In this document: positions 1 through 13,016 of the stretch, piece by piece
How the letters are laid out: the number at the start of each line of letters is the position of its first letter
Numbering within the stretch: the stretch's first letter is position 1
DNA from: Fonticula alba ATCC 38817
Taxonomy: Eukaryota > Protista > Nucleariida
Assembly (NCBI GenBank): GCA_000388065.2
Contig: KB932201.1
Length of the DNA: 64,000 nucleotides
Strand: one strand, 5' to 3'
Notes under the pieces: model-generated
The model's database searches: none
The model's input: only the letters and a program-made list of their open reading frames with translations
Told to the model about the DNA's origin: nothing
Made by a program: the position numbers and the translations under genes

Positions 1-1721
1 GCGGGCCCGGGGCCCGGGGGGCGGACGTATTTCGCCCGTCTGGAGAGGATCCAGGCGCCAACGGTTGGGCAAGGAGAAACTGGATTCAAAGGTTCGGCCG
101 AGCGGGGCTGCTGTTGTTTGGACGCGAATGTGTCCCCCCCCCCCCTTCCCGACCGCACAGCAAGGATTGTGTGGTACGATGGGCGAGGAAGCTGTCCCTG
201 CCTACCCCAGCCCCGGGGGGGGGGGGCGGGGGCCAGCAGCAGGAAGCGGCCGAATTCTCAGGAGCATGGGCGCCGCCCACCCCCTGCAGACGGGAGAGAG
301 AGAGAAACAGAGACAGAGGAGCGGGGGAGATTGGAGTCAGCGTGGGGACAATCGTAAACAAAAGGGCAATGTGATGGAGCGCGCGCACGCCCCTACATTC
401 GGGCCACAATTTTCTCATGTCCCACAGAGCCGCCCCCCTTTCCCGACATCCAGGGACTCCGGGCCCGGCGCTCCTCGCCCTTCCCCGCCGGTCCCGCGCG
501 CAGGCCCCCCCAAGCCTGCCCTTCCCTGAGAAGAGTCCCCTACACACCGACGTCCCTGCCCCGCTGACCGCGTCTGAATATATGCCCTTGCGCGCGGGAA
601 TACCGGCCACTGCCTGAACACTTAACCTACAAGCTGGTCCCCCCCCCCCCAATGAGGGCCTCAGAGCGGAGGATCGGGGCGGGGGGACGGGACATGGAGT
701 CGCACGTTCGCCGCACGTTCCCCGGGCCCCCGGAGGGCGAGGCTGGGGGGCCAGCACCGCGTGCTCGGAGGCGCGCTCCAACCAACAGACCGGGAGCCTA
801 AACAAGGGTGTCTGAGAGGGCACGCTGGTGGAAGGCCGAATTGCCAATGGAAGCAAGGCCGCGGACGACTCCCAAGGCACCCCCGCGCGGATGGGCCGGG
901 CCTCCGTGTGGGGACGGATCTCCCCCGGCGCGGCTGGCCGCGCCAAAGAAAGCCGAGCCCCAGCGCGAGACTCTGATGCTGTCATCCGGGGGGGGGGGGC
1001 GGGGAGGGGGCGAGGACAGAGGTGCGCTGGTGTGGGTCTCGCAGGACAGAATCCCCGCGCCCTTCGAGACCCCTGTGTTCCCTGTCGAGAGGCCCCAGGT
1101 GACACCCCGCTCAGGAGGGCCCCGGGCCCCAGCTCAGTGGCCGAGACCACAGCGGAGGGCCGGAACTTGCGGTTGCCATGCGCGCGCGCGCGCGCGTGCG
1201 CATGTGCGCGTGTGCCGATCCCCGGTGTTAATGACTCGAACCCAACAGAAGGATATCGTCTGTCGGAAGCGGGCACGATGGAGAGCATGCCACAGGTGCG
1301 GGGATCCGCCCCGCTGCGGCCGAACCCAGGCTGGTAACCGATTGAGAGGCCGGTCCCTTTTGCTCGGGAGGACCATTCCCTTCGCAGGGAGATCGGGGAT
1401 TGCGGGAGACCGCACCACGAAGAACGGAACACCTCCCACGCCAGCATTCAGCCAAATGTCTTAGGCCCCCGCTCCGCCCCCCGGCACACACAACAGCGCC
1501 CCCACACGTGCAGGGCCGGGGCCGGGGGGAGGGCATATTGCGAGGTGCGCGGGGATCCGCCGTTACCAGAGGAATCGCCCCGAGAGGGGACCCCAGCATT
1601 CCTGGAAGAGCAAGCACACCCCGGCCCTGGCCACGCTCCGTCAGTCTCCCCCGGGGAGAGGGCCCGGGAGGGAGGCACCCCGGGCACACGGCACAGGCCG
1701 ACTGAAATCGACACCCACCGC

Positions 1722-1722
<1 letters not shown>

Positions 1723-1798
<76 letters not shown>
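1723..1798. repeat. 76-nt poly-C homopolymer tract
   Basis: Uninterrupted C run read directly from the sequence; many shorter poly-C/G runs occur window-wide. Confidence 0.95.
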
Positions 1799-3273
1799 TT
1801 GGGTGCCCTTCTGACGTACCACGAACAGGCCCCGGGCATCCGGCCTCAGCACACAGGTGGCCACAGACATAGATCTGGATTTCGATTTCCATGTGAGTTG
1901 TGCGCGTGATCCTGCATATTCAGAACCAGGCCTGGCCAAGCCCAGCAAACAATAACCCTCCCCTTCGCGGGAGACTGGAGCCCCGCTAGCCCTGGCGATC
2001 GCCCATCCCCCTCCCGCCCCCCCTCCCGACACCCTTTGGAGGAGCTGCCCGGTGCACAAACACCGAGGCCCCCCGACCCGGCGCGCGCCAACAGAGAGGA
2101 TATGGCCCGGAAAACCGGGATCCAAGGCCAGGGTGGCCCCTCTCTCCTGCTCCCAACCGAGCAGAGGAATAATGGCAAGGCAAGAGAGAGGCGCGCGCGC
2201 AGTCCATCTTTGAGGGCGGCTTTTCTGAGAGAGAGTGTATCCAAGTATATTAAAAAATTGCGGCCACATGGCGCCCCTGGCGAGAAGGTAAGGAGGAGGC
2301 AGGTAAACAACACGGCGAGACTCAAGAGGAAAAGAAGAAGAGAGTGCCTGTGTGTGCGCAGGGTGTGCCAGATAGCGACAAAGAGGAGGGTGGGAGGAGG
2401 CGGGAGGCAAGAGGAGGTGGACAAGACACATAGATGCGCCTCGGGAGAGGGAGAAGAGCAGACGAGGAAGGCTGACAGGGGGTTGACCATACGCATGGGC
2501 TGCTTCGTATCCCCTCCGAGAAGGGGAATGCGAAGGCACCACTGGCGCACGCACCAGCCGTGCCCCCATGTGCAGGAGAGAGAGAGAGAGAGGGAGGGAG
2601 GAGAAGAAAGCGCGGCATGAAACAAGAGCAGCACATGGAGGCCAGGCGGGAGAGGGAGTAGAGGGCAGGCCCAAGGGGAGGAGGCAGGAGGAGGGGAGGG
2701 GGATGGAGAGGAGGACGAGCAACGACAAGAGCGGGGAGGAAATGCACGGCTCTCAAGGTGGGGAAACACGCCCAGGGACACCCAGCCTGACAGGTCTCAA
2801 GGGGGGAGAGAGAGGGAGAGAGAGATGCCGAGTATGAGGAGGAGAGGCACGCCTGACGGAGAGGAGGCAACCCCATTTGGGCTCCAGAGGGAAGGAAGAA
2901 GCCGCGCGCCATCGGCAGAAATGCTGCAGAGCATGAGATTTCCCCCTGGCGCATCTCCTTCGCCCCCCTCCCCCCTCCCGTAGGCGCGCTCGCAAACAAA
3001 ACAAGAAACCACAAAGGGACCGAAATCCGAGCAGGGCCATGTGGAGGGGAAAAACAGGGGCCACAGGCACTTCGCCATCCGTCGCTGCGCTGAATAATCG
3101 CGGTCTGGCTCCCCGATGCGTGGCTTGGCTATCTGCCGTCGACCAGGGGGTGGCCCCACTTTTTCGATCTCGCGGCCCTTCTTCTCCTCCTCCGCCTCGT
3201 CTCGCCCAATCATCGAAACATACTTACACGTTCAATGTGGGATCGCGTCGCGAGGGCCGGCACACAAAATCCC

Positions 3274-5968
3274 TCATGAGGAGTCGGCAGCCGGAGTGGT
3301 CGAAGAACCAGCATCACCAGCACCCTCGGTGGGCTTCATCTCCCAATCGGCCGCGGCAAACTGCCCGCCAGCCGTCGAGGCCAGGCCCGAGATGCTGGCA
3401 CCGGAGGCAGTGCCAGCGCTGGTCAGCGGATCCGACTGGTAGGCCCCGGTGGCCACATCGTAGACAACCTCACCGAAGCCAAGGTTGTCATCACCCTCGC
3501 CATCGAGAACCAGAAGGTCCCCAGCTAGACCGGGGCTGCTGTTGCCGGAACGGTGACCACCTGCGAGGGGGGCAGTGGCGGCGACACCGGCAGCGGCGGC
3601 GGCGGCGGCGGCGGCAGTGCCAGAACCAGACGACAGGGAGGAGGTCGCGGGCAAGAAGTCAGCATATGCCTCGTAATAGCTGTCGACGAGGGAGGAAGCC
3701 AGAGGATCGGAGCCGCTGCCGTAGGTGAGCACTGACGACATGTCGGCGTCGTCACTGTCATCGTCCAGGCCATCGACCAGCTCATCATGCTCGGACAGGT
3801 CCCGCGCGAACTGGTCCGCCACAATTGTGGACGTGTAACGCGCCAGGAGCTCATCCTTCTGCTGCTGGGTGTAATAGGTGTGATGGGGGGCGAACGCACT
3901 GTCACCGAGCGACGTGCTGGAGTCATGGTAGTCGCCCTCCAGGTTCAGGCGGTTCTTCAAGGAGCGTGCCCGCTGCTGGCGCGTGCCCTCGTCATCATCA
4001 TCGTCATCGAAGTCGTCGTCCTCATCGGACGTGCCATCGGCGCCGTGCTTGTCGTCGGGGCCACCACTGGCGTCCTCGTCGTCCTCGTCATCTTCGTCGT
4101 CCTCGTCATCGGCGCCATGGGCACCGCCGCCGAGGCCGTGATTGCCCCCAAGACCGCCCGAGGCTCCGAGCATTAGCCCAAGCAGGTCCCCGGTCGGCAG
4201 GGGGGTCATATGGTCGAGCTCGTCCTCCTCCTCATCGTCATCGTGGCCCTGGTCCGCGAAGGAGTCCATCATGGAATGGCCGCTGCCCAGGGGGATCTTG
4301 CTCTCCTCCAGCAGCTGGTCCAGGGTGTCCTCGACGAAAAGGCGCCAGTCCTCGGAGAAGAAGATGGCCCGGACCTCGTCCGACACCTCCTGGATGTACT
4401 GCGGCGGAGGGGGGTCCGAATCGTTGCCGTCATAATCGCCATTGGACGCGCGCGCAGTGCCGGGCTTCGGGCTGTTGTACAGGAAGTCCGAGAAGTTCCA
4501 AACCAAGTTGGCCAGAATCAGCATGTGGCCCATGTAGCCCAGGCGGCGATTGTTGGCACCCTTGACCTCATGCCTGGGGCGCAAGGGCGAGATGGCGGTA
4601 CGGACACAGGAGTGCGGGGGGAAGGGTAACAGAGGAGGAAGAAGGGCGTCTTGTTAGCAAGGAAGGCAAGGCGGTGGGGGAGGGAGAGGGGAAGGGGGGG
4701 AATGGCAGCATCAAGGGCAGGCGCGGCGTATGTGCGTACTCCAGAGACTGGTTGAGGCGGAAGGCGTCGAAGATGCGCTCAACAAAGCGCGCATTGATGA
4801 ATAGCTGTGCGCGCGGTGGGGTGTCAGCAAATGACACATTATGGCGAGTGGCGCGCGAGCAGGGCAGACAGGGGGGGGGGGGACGCAGAGACACGGAAGT
4901 CACGCGTGAGTTTCGGCAGGCGGAGGAGGGGGGGGGAGGTGCCCCCAACACCCAAGCGATTGACAAGGGAGCGAGCGAAGCGTACGCGTTCGATGAAGGC
5001 ATTCGAGGGAGAGTACTCTCCCTTGATGATCATCATGATCAGCTCGAACACCACCCGATGGAGGAGGTTGTGAAGAGGGAAGGAGAAAAAGGCATCGACA
5101 AGCTCCTCCACAATGCCGAGGTGGAGAACCCGCTCACGCAAGTGCGGGTGGTCAAGCTTGGCAAGCAGGGAGAAAAACTCAGCCACACGGAAGCGCACGG
5201 CGCCATAGCGCCCAGAAGTTTGGAAGGAGGTGCCGGCCAGCTCACCCGTCTGCGACAGCAGGCAGGCCGAGGAAAGAAAGGGGGGGGGTGTGACGAAAGA
5301 CCCAAGCAGGGGGTGAGAGGGGCGGATAGACACACACACGGACACGAGAAGAAGGGAAGCATGGGGGGGGAGAGAGAGAGAGAGAGAGAGGGGGAGGGAG
5401 GGAGGCAGGGAGGCAGGGACGCACAGGCTCGTAGACATGGTGGAAGAGGGAGAACAGGAAGTCCAGGTGCTCGTCAAGGATCTGGACGAAGCGATCAATC
5501 AGCTGGTTCAGGGTCTCCAGCGAGTCGATGCCATTGAGCCACAGGTCGTTCTCGAAACCGAAGTTGTCCATGCCGCCCGGGGAGTGGATGTCATGATCAT
5601 CGTCACCACCGCCCCCGAGACGCATGTGCCGGGCGTGGAACTGCTCGCGCTCCTTGTACCGGAAGACACAAATGTTCAGGTGGTCGACGATGTTCGACAG
5701 GAACAGCAGGCCATTCTGCAGGACGCTGCTGGCCCGGGCGCGCTGCTCCACCGACTCGGAGCTGGCATGCTCGTGGGCGCGGATGACCTCCTCCAGGATG
5801 CGAGAGAAAATACCACCGTTAATGAGCTCCGACACATCAACCAGTGGCCGGAGGGTGATGATGGACTGATCCGCGCCGAGGGTCACCTGCATGGAGGACA
5901 TCAAATCGATCAGGAGCTGAAGGGCATTGGAGTGGAACTGTTGTCGGAGGACGATGGTGCGGCACGTG

Positions 5969-6003
<35 letters not shown>

Positions 6004-7025
6004 TGGGGAAGAGAGAGGAAGGGGAGGGTCAATTCGAGGGCAGGAGAGTGGAAGTGCGGACATGGGGCAGGAGGAATGGACCGGAGAAGGGCAGAGAGCG
6101 AGGGGAGGGAGGCAGTCCACGTACGTCCGAGGAGTAATCGACGGAAATCTTCTCCACCAGGAGGTTGACCAGATTTGAGGAGCGGACCCACTCGTTGGTC
6201 TGGGTCTCGCAGAGGGTCTGCTCGCTGACAACGATCTTGATCAGCAAGTCGCAGAGGCCAGACGCATGGATGTTGCGAGTGAGGCACTCAATCGGATTGG
6301 TGAAGGAGGAAATGAGCTCAAAGGTCTATATTGCGAGGGGTGGGGGGGTCAGGGGCAAGGGTCAGTGTCAAGAGGGGAGGCTCTGGGGGTGGGGGGCGGG
6401 GGGGGAGAGCGGTGCGAACAGAAGGGATGTGGCTGATGACGGGACCAAGAGGACGCACACGGCTGGGGAACTCCTGCAGGAGAGTGCAGAAGAGCTTGGA
6501 GAAAAAAGACGCCTCCAGGGGGTTGACCTGGGGGCTGGAGAAAAACCGGTCCCACACACCACCGAGATAGGCCGTATCGTTGAGAATGGTCTCAAGAATG
6601 CCGATCGGACCAAGGGCAATGATCTCCGAGGCAATGAAAGGGAACCGATAGCGAATGTGGTCGGTGCTGGTGGTTCCAGAGAGATCGGGCTCCTCGATGA
6701 TGTAGTCGAGCAGCTTCCGGCAGTTCTCCTGGCGGGAGAGGCTACGGAGGATGCGGGGGAGATCAAACCCCCAGGAGGGGAGACGTCCGGGTCAGTCCTG
6801 GACACGGGGCACCACGGGGCGCACACCGGGGCGCATGCGGGTGCATGACGGGTGGGAAGGGGAAGGGAAGCCGGCGACAACGCACAAGTTGATCAGCTTA
6901 ATCTTCGAGTTCCGGACATCGTTGATGATGTCAGGGTCGTTCAGGAGCTCCTCGAGGTTGACCGTGCTCCGATCGAGCAGCAGGTCAAGGGAGTTGGACT
7001 GCCGAAAGCCGAGAGACCAGTACAT
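3274..7025 (-). CDS. SAPS-domain protein (PP6/Sit4 phosphatase regulatory subunit family), 7 exons
   Basis: Spliced exons 7025-6886, 6741-6459, 6325-6125, 5937-5425, 5249-4986, 4804-4740, 4573-3274 with GT-AG and consistent phases give MYWSLGF...KLINFLSRQENCRKLLDYI...RYRFPFIASEII...NPLEASFFSK...RFRVAEFFSLL...FPLHNLLHRVV...RLGYMGHM, all SAPS hallmark motifs, then an acidic tail. Confidence 0.92.
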
Positions 7026-10000
7026 GCTGGCAGCGGGAGAGCAGCAGCAACGAGTCCCTCCAGTGGGAAGGAGAGCGGCCCTGAGAACTTCTTGGGCGAA
7101 GAGAGGAAGTAGTGGGGGGGGGAGAGCAAAAGGGAGACAGGGCAAGCCCGTTAGGGAGAACAGGACCAGATGGAGAGGGAGAGGAGAATGGAGGGGGGGG
7201 GGAATGAGAGAGAGAGGGCAAGGGGGCTCCGCACCAACGAACGGGGGGAAGGGTCACCGCGGCACAGGAGGCTGGGGGAAGTCGGGAAATGGGGGAGAGG
7301 GGAGTAGGGCCAAGTAGGGGAGTGGGGGGGGAGGACGGGAGAGATAGAGGGAGAGAGAAAGAGAGGAGGGAACGGTCAGGGGTGGAAGGTCGAGGATGGC
7401 AAAAGCCGCCAGGGGGTGCCAGAGAGGGAGGGTGCGAGGCGCGCTGCAAGACCAAGTACGCGAGCCGGGGAGGGGCAGTTCCCAGCCGAGGGGGGCTTGA
7501 GGGCACCGGCGTTCCTGCTGATGCAAGGCAACCCGGCCCTCCAGCGGGCAGACGCAAGGAGCAAAAGAAGGCGAAAGGACCGAAGATGTAGCATGAAAGG
7601 CAGGTGGGAGGAGGGATAGGGGGGGGGGTGACTCACGGCACGGGGGGGGGGGATGAGAGAAGGAGAAGCCCGAGCAGGGGGCGACGCGAAGGGAAGGGGG
7701 GTGAAGGGGGAGGGGGAGGGAGGAGAGGCGGGAAGCCAAATGAGCAAGAGCTTCACAAGTCCTTCGAGGTAGAAGCCATCACCATCCCCCGGGAGGCCAG
7801 AGCGCCTTTTCTCGCTGTTCCCCCGCCCGGCCTGGCCTCTCGCGGGCGCACGCTGGCAGGCCGGGGCCGGCAATCGAGGTGTCCACCGCCGCACGGGGTG
7901 CGCGCGCGCGCGCGCGCACGGCGCGGCGCGGCGCGCCGTGCCCGGACGCTGCCCGCTCGCCACTCTTTGGGGGGGGGGGGATGCGCGCCCCCTATTGTCG
8001 AGCCTGGAGGGAGTCCCCGGCCCCCGGAGCCAACCCTCCCGGGGTGTGAACACACGCGCGCACCTCCGCACACTCCGGACTAATGCGCCGCCGCCCCCGA
8101 CTCCGGGGCCAGGGCAGGTCCAGGGGCAGCAGGGGGAGACAGCAGCGTTATGGCCGACTTTCCCCGGAGAGCGCATCACAACATACGCGGGCACGCGTTC
8201 AGCCGCCCAGAGAGGGGGGGGCCTTGCCTCCGGGACGTATGGTCTGAAAAAAAAAAAGATAGGGCGGGGTCCTGCCGGGCACACCAACCAGCCCCGACCC
8301 CGGGGCCGAATGGCAAGGGGCGTGTCTACCTGACAATGGACCCTGCAGATGTAAATGCACAGTGATGTGCGCCAGAGAGCACCGGAGCGCCGGGCCTTCA
8401 CGCAACGGCACCCAGGCGTCTGGGCACCGGAAAATGCGTGCGCCTCGGGGCAGGGCCAGGGGGAGGGGCCGCGACACTCGTCTGCAGGCGGGAAATCCGG
8501 CCTCCTCGCTATCCCTCGCCGCTCCCCCCCGCCCCTCCGCCCCTCCGCCCGTCCGCCCCTCCGCCCCTCCGCCCCTCGCCGCGCACAGCACGTCGGACTT
8601 GGGGGATGCTGCCTCGTGCGCCCGACTTCCGGACGTTGTATCTCTCCGCCATCATCCGGGTGCCCTCACTGCGAGGCCTCCGAAAGGGCTCTGAAGGACA
8701 AACAAACGTGCCCCGTCCTCATGTTCAACCGGGCCGCGGGGCGTTCCGAGGGAGCCCCTTCGGCTGGTACCTTGGCATCCTCAGGCCATCCCCCACCGGT
8801 CACCAACAGCAGCTACAATGTGGCCAGGGGCATGAAGAGGCACGGGCACCCTCGCCGCGCACGGGGGGGGCTTGGCAATGTCGTTATGCCCCCCCCCCGG
8901 GCAGGCCTTGCGCGAGCGTCTCCGAGGTCCGCGGCTGAAGCAAGTCCTTGTCAACGTTCATGAGAGGCCCCCTCCGCCTGCACGCCAGGGCTTACGACCA
9001 TCCCCACCTGGCCCAATTGAACAGACTGCTGGAACCTCTTCACCGGGAGGCACAGGCGCGCCTGCAGGCAGAGGTCCCCGAACACGGTCAAGGTGCCCCC
9101 CTGATAAAAATGTGTCAGGCAGAGCTCCGGCAGCAGCCCCATGAGCCTGAAGAGACAAGGGCACAGAGGAATGAGGGGCACCTGTGCGGGCCCCCTCCCG
9201 GCCGGGGTGGGGTGCGGCAACCCCACACCCCTCAGCCTGGGCGTTCTGTTAATTCACACCTTGGTACCAACGCATGCCATTCCAGAGTCTTTTTATCTTT
9301 GGGCGTCCAACAAATCTCCACACCGAGCGGGGGCGGTTTCTCGGGAATCCACCCATCTTCTGAAGCCCTGATTGCGCTCTCCCTCTCTGGCTCTGTCTCC
9401 CTTTCCTCGGCGCGGTCGGCCCCCCCCCCCCCCCCCCCCCTCCCCTGCGTGGGGACGGGGCTGGACAATTCTCCTCCGTCCCCCCCCCCGTCGGTTGCCG
9501 GGATCAATTAAAGCCCATGTAACTCCATCCGAGACCAACCCCCTGGTGGCGCTTAATTGGGCCCATAACAACCGAGTAATGTGGCGCCACTGACACTGCC
9601 AACTGAGCTCTCTCGACCCCATCCTCGCTGGTCGAGGAGCCAGTTACCCGGCGTCCGTGTGCGATCCTGCTAGGATCGCGGTGCTCCCCCGCTTGGGGTC
9701 TCAATTTCCCGGAGTGCGATCTGCGCCTGGCTCTTTGTTTTCATCCTGACTGGGCGCTCTCTCTCTCTCTCTCCCTCTCTCTCTCACACACACATACACA
9801 CTTTGCCCCTTGAATGTAACCCTTTGGTAGGTAATCTCGGGAGGCGAGGCGGGGAGAGGATCAACGACCCGGCCACCCTTCCAAATGTTGCACGCCAATA
9901 TACAAGGGGCGAGGTCCACTTGGTTAGCCGGGAGGTTGCCCAACAACCGCTCCCCTCCTCCCCCCTCTCTCCNNNNNNNNNNNNNNNNNNNNNNNNNNNN

Positions 10001-10045
10001 NNNNNNNNNNNNNNNNNNNNNNNNNTCCCCCGTCTCAGCTTCCCC

Positions 10046-10400
10046 ATGAATCGGGGGCACCCAGTCTTGAGGGCGATGGCATCGCACGCGAATCGGCCCG
10101 CCCCCGGGATCTCGGAGGAGGTCCGAGAGTTTGAGCGCCTCTTCGCCCGGATGCGTGAGGAACTGCCCTTCACAGTTTCCAGTGTGATTTGCTCTCTTTG
10201 GTGCGTGCCTCTGCTACTCGAGCCCCATCGCCCTGCAGATCGCTGTCTGCCAGCCCCTCACTCACACACGCCCCCCACCCACCTTCACCCATGGCAGCCA
10301 GTGTCCCTTCAAGGATGCTGTGTCCATCCTGACCTGTGGCCACCACTTCTGTCGGTCCGTCATCTCGAGAAGACCGAGAAAGAAGAAGCACAACCAACCT

Positions 10401-10442
<42 letters not shown>

Positions 10443-13016
10443 AGCTGTCTCGGCGGTTTGCCGTGGACTACTTCAAGGATCTCGGCTACAACTCCCCCCC
10501 CCCCTCCCTGATGCAGTACATCTCCCGGTCCTTTGAGGACAAGTGCTCCTTCTATGACATCGACAACTGCCAGCCGATCTACATGATGGGCATCCGCCAC
10601 GACTTCCCCCCCCCCCCCCCCTGCCGTCAGTCGTCCACACCCTACTAACATCGGTCCCCCGCTGCCTCCCATTCCAAACACCCCCAATATTGGCTCCCCG
10701 CAGCGAGTGTCTTCTGGAGGAAGGCCGCTGGCGACAAACCTGCCCCGAGTGCGCGGCACCCTATTACCAGCGCGAAGTCACCGCATCCACCAGTGTTCAG
10801 GCATTCTTGGACATTCTCCCGGAAATCCTGGCTCTCCTGGGGATCGACCCCTCGCCGCTCACGGCCGAACACGATCCCGACGACGACCGGGAGTTCTCCC
10901 TCCCGGTCGCCGTGGACTACGCACACTTCGCCCCCTTCCGCGAGCACATCCCTCGAGAGCCTTCGCTCTCGCCACCAGCACAGCCGGGCCCGGCCCTGCT
11001 TGCCTGTACATCGGAGGCCGACCCGCCGGTGGACGCCGAGATGGCCGACCTGCCGCCGGCTCCTCCCGGACGGCAGAAGCGCCGCGGTCGTGCCGCACCC
11101 GTCGAATCGCCCCCGGCCACCAGCCCCGAAGAGCATGCACCTGCCCAAAAGGCGTGCCAGGCATGTACACTTCTCAATCCCCCCCGGGCACGTCTCTGCC
11201 GCGCTTGTCGAACCCCCCTCGCACCTCGGGCCCCAATTGCGGAAATCCCGCCGGATGCATCCGCGAGCGGGCGCCCGGCAAAGCGCCCGCGCTTGGCCTC
11301 TCCCCTTTCAAGCATGGAGGCCTCCACCAACGAGCCCACCACCGAGGATGAGGCTGGCCCCTCGACACCCCGGACACGGGAGCCGCGCAATGCCTCCGCC
11401 CTCGGTCGACGGGCTGCCCGGTCGCAACGTCTGCCGTCAGACATTACCAATCAGCCGAGCACCCCCACCCTCCCGGTGCCGGAGTCCCTTCTCACATCCT
11501 CCTCCCTTTCCAGTCAGGAAGAAGGGGGACGGGGAAATGGAGCCGAGCCCCTGGTGGAACTCCCCCCCAGTCAGGAGACTTCCACTCTGTCCGCGGGTCT
11601 TCCTCGGCGCTCGGCCATCCAAGATGCGGTGGTCATCTTCTCGGGCTTCCGGCAGGATGAGCGAGCCATCCTGGAACACTCGCTGTACAATGCTCGCGCC
11701 GGGCTGGCCGAGCGCATTCGCGTGCATGATGACTTTGAGGATGCCTTTGCCAGTGTTCGGAGACCGAGCGGCCCCGGCCAGACCCCTGGCCGGGGCCGCT
11801 CCGCCGGGCGTGCATCCCCCCGGCCGTCGGCTGTCCTAGCGGACGCCGCCGACACATTGGCTGTCACGCACTTGGTAGCCAAGTGCTCGACGGATATCAT
11901 CTCCTCCCTGCTTCCGGCCATGTCGACAGCTGATGCCCTGTCCCGATCGGCCGAGCTCCGGACCTGCAAGCGCACGGGCAAATACCTCCAGGCTTTGGCC
12001 ATCGGGGGAATATGGATTGTTGATGAATTCTGTGCGTGCCACATCGCTGTGCGCCCTCTGACCACCTGGCCGCCACTGACCTGTGGTGCTCCCTTTCCCC
12101 TGCCTTTCGTTGTGCCCTCCCCCCCCCCCCTCCTCCTCCCGTCCCCCGTTCAACCTTCCTCCCCTTCGTTTGACGCCCACATCGCACAGGGTTCTCGGAG
12201 TCCTGCCGCCGCGGCCGGCTTTTGGCTGAGAGCCCCTTCGAGGTTCTTGGTGACCGAACCTGCGGAATCACTCGCGGGCCGGAGCTCGCCCGGACCGGGC
12301 GTACTTCCAATACCATGGGGCTCTTTCGCGGGACGACATTCGATATCAGCCTGCTTCCGGCGGGGCTGCGGCACCAGATGGCCTCGCTCCTGCCGCTGGC
12401 TGGCGGGATCATCACTCAGCGCGACTCGCCGGGACTGCTGCAGCAAACCGCCTCGCCCCTGCGCACGCCCTCGCCCGCTCGCTGGGGACGTGCGGGGACC
12501 GCGGGTGCTTTGGCTGCTGCCACTGCTGCGGCCAGCCTTGCCCGGCGTGTGAGCCCTCGCCAGAGGGCTCGGGCCCGGCAGATGACACCAGTTCCCCTGG
12601 AGCAGCTGGATCTCAGTCGGCCCCTGATGCTGGTTGACAGTCGCGAGTGTGACGCCCAGGTTGCGGAGACTCTGCTGGCAGCGGCCTCCGGACCGCGCGG
12701 TCCAGCTCAGCTCGTTGAAGCTCAGGACATCCTCCGCTGCATCTCCGAGTGTCGCCCTCTTCCGGCGGGGCCCTGCCCCCCGGGCGGCAGCAGTGAAACC
12801 AGCGACAGCGACACCGAGTCCGATGGCGAAGAGCGACAAACCGACGACGATGAGGCCGATGTCGACAAGGAGGCCAGCTTGCAGTCTGGCCCTGCTGGGG
12901 TGGATGCTGTTCCTCCGGCCGCCGAACCCGAGTTGCTAGAGCCGCCGGTCACGCCATGCAAGGCTGGAGGGGGGTCGCGCGGCCGTGGTCGCACCCGGCT
13001 GGCCGGGAAGATCTGA
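10046..13016 (+). CDS. BRCA1/BARD1-like protein: N-terminal C3HC4 RING, RanBP2/NZF zinc finger, tandem BRCT
   Basis: Exons ~10046(or 10076)-10200, 10298-10354, 10704-12031, 12190-13016 splice in frame to CSLC..CGHHFCREC..CPEC (RING), CQACTLLNPPRARLCRAC (NZF), VIFSG..VTHLV..RTGKYLQALAIGGIWIVDEFWFSES..ESPFEVLGD..RGPELAR..LFRG..AGG (BRCT pair plus linker typical of BRCA1/BARD1). Confidence 0.85.

Noticed and set aside
1230-1245. B-box-like GGTTCGAGTC (minus strand); similar site near 38955
   Set aside because: No T-stem pairing or cloverleaf, so not a tRNA.
1374-1388. HSLRR, resembling DIRS YR box II
   Set aside because: Expected several times by chance in six frames; downstream context does not fit.
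2190-2290. SIFEGGFSERECIQVY, vaguely G-alpha-like, near a GTAAGG donor
   Set aside because: In-frame stop follows and no other G-alpha exons are nearby.
65-3200. Many overlapping 100-450 aa ORFs
   Set aside because: Pro/Arg/Gly-rich translations of GC-rich low-complexity DNA in several frames at once; no domain, codon bias or coherent splice model.
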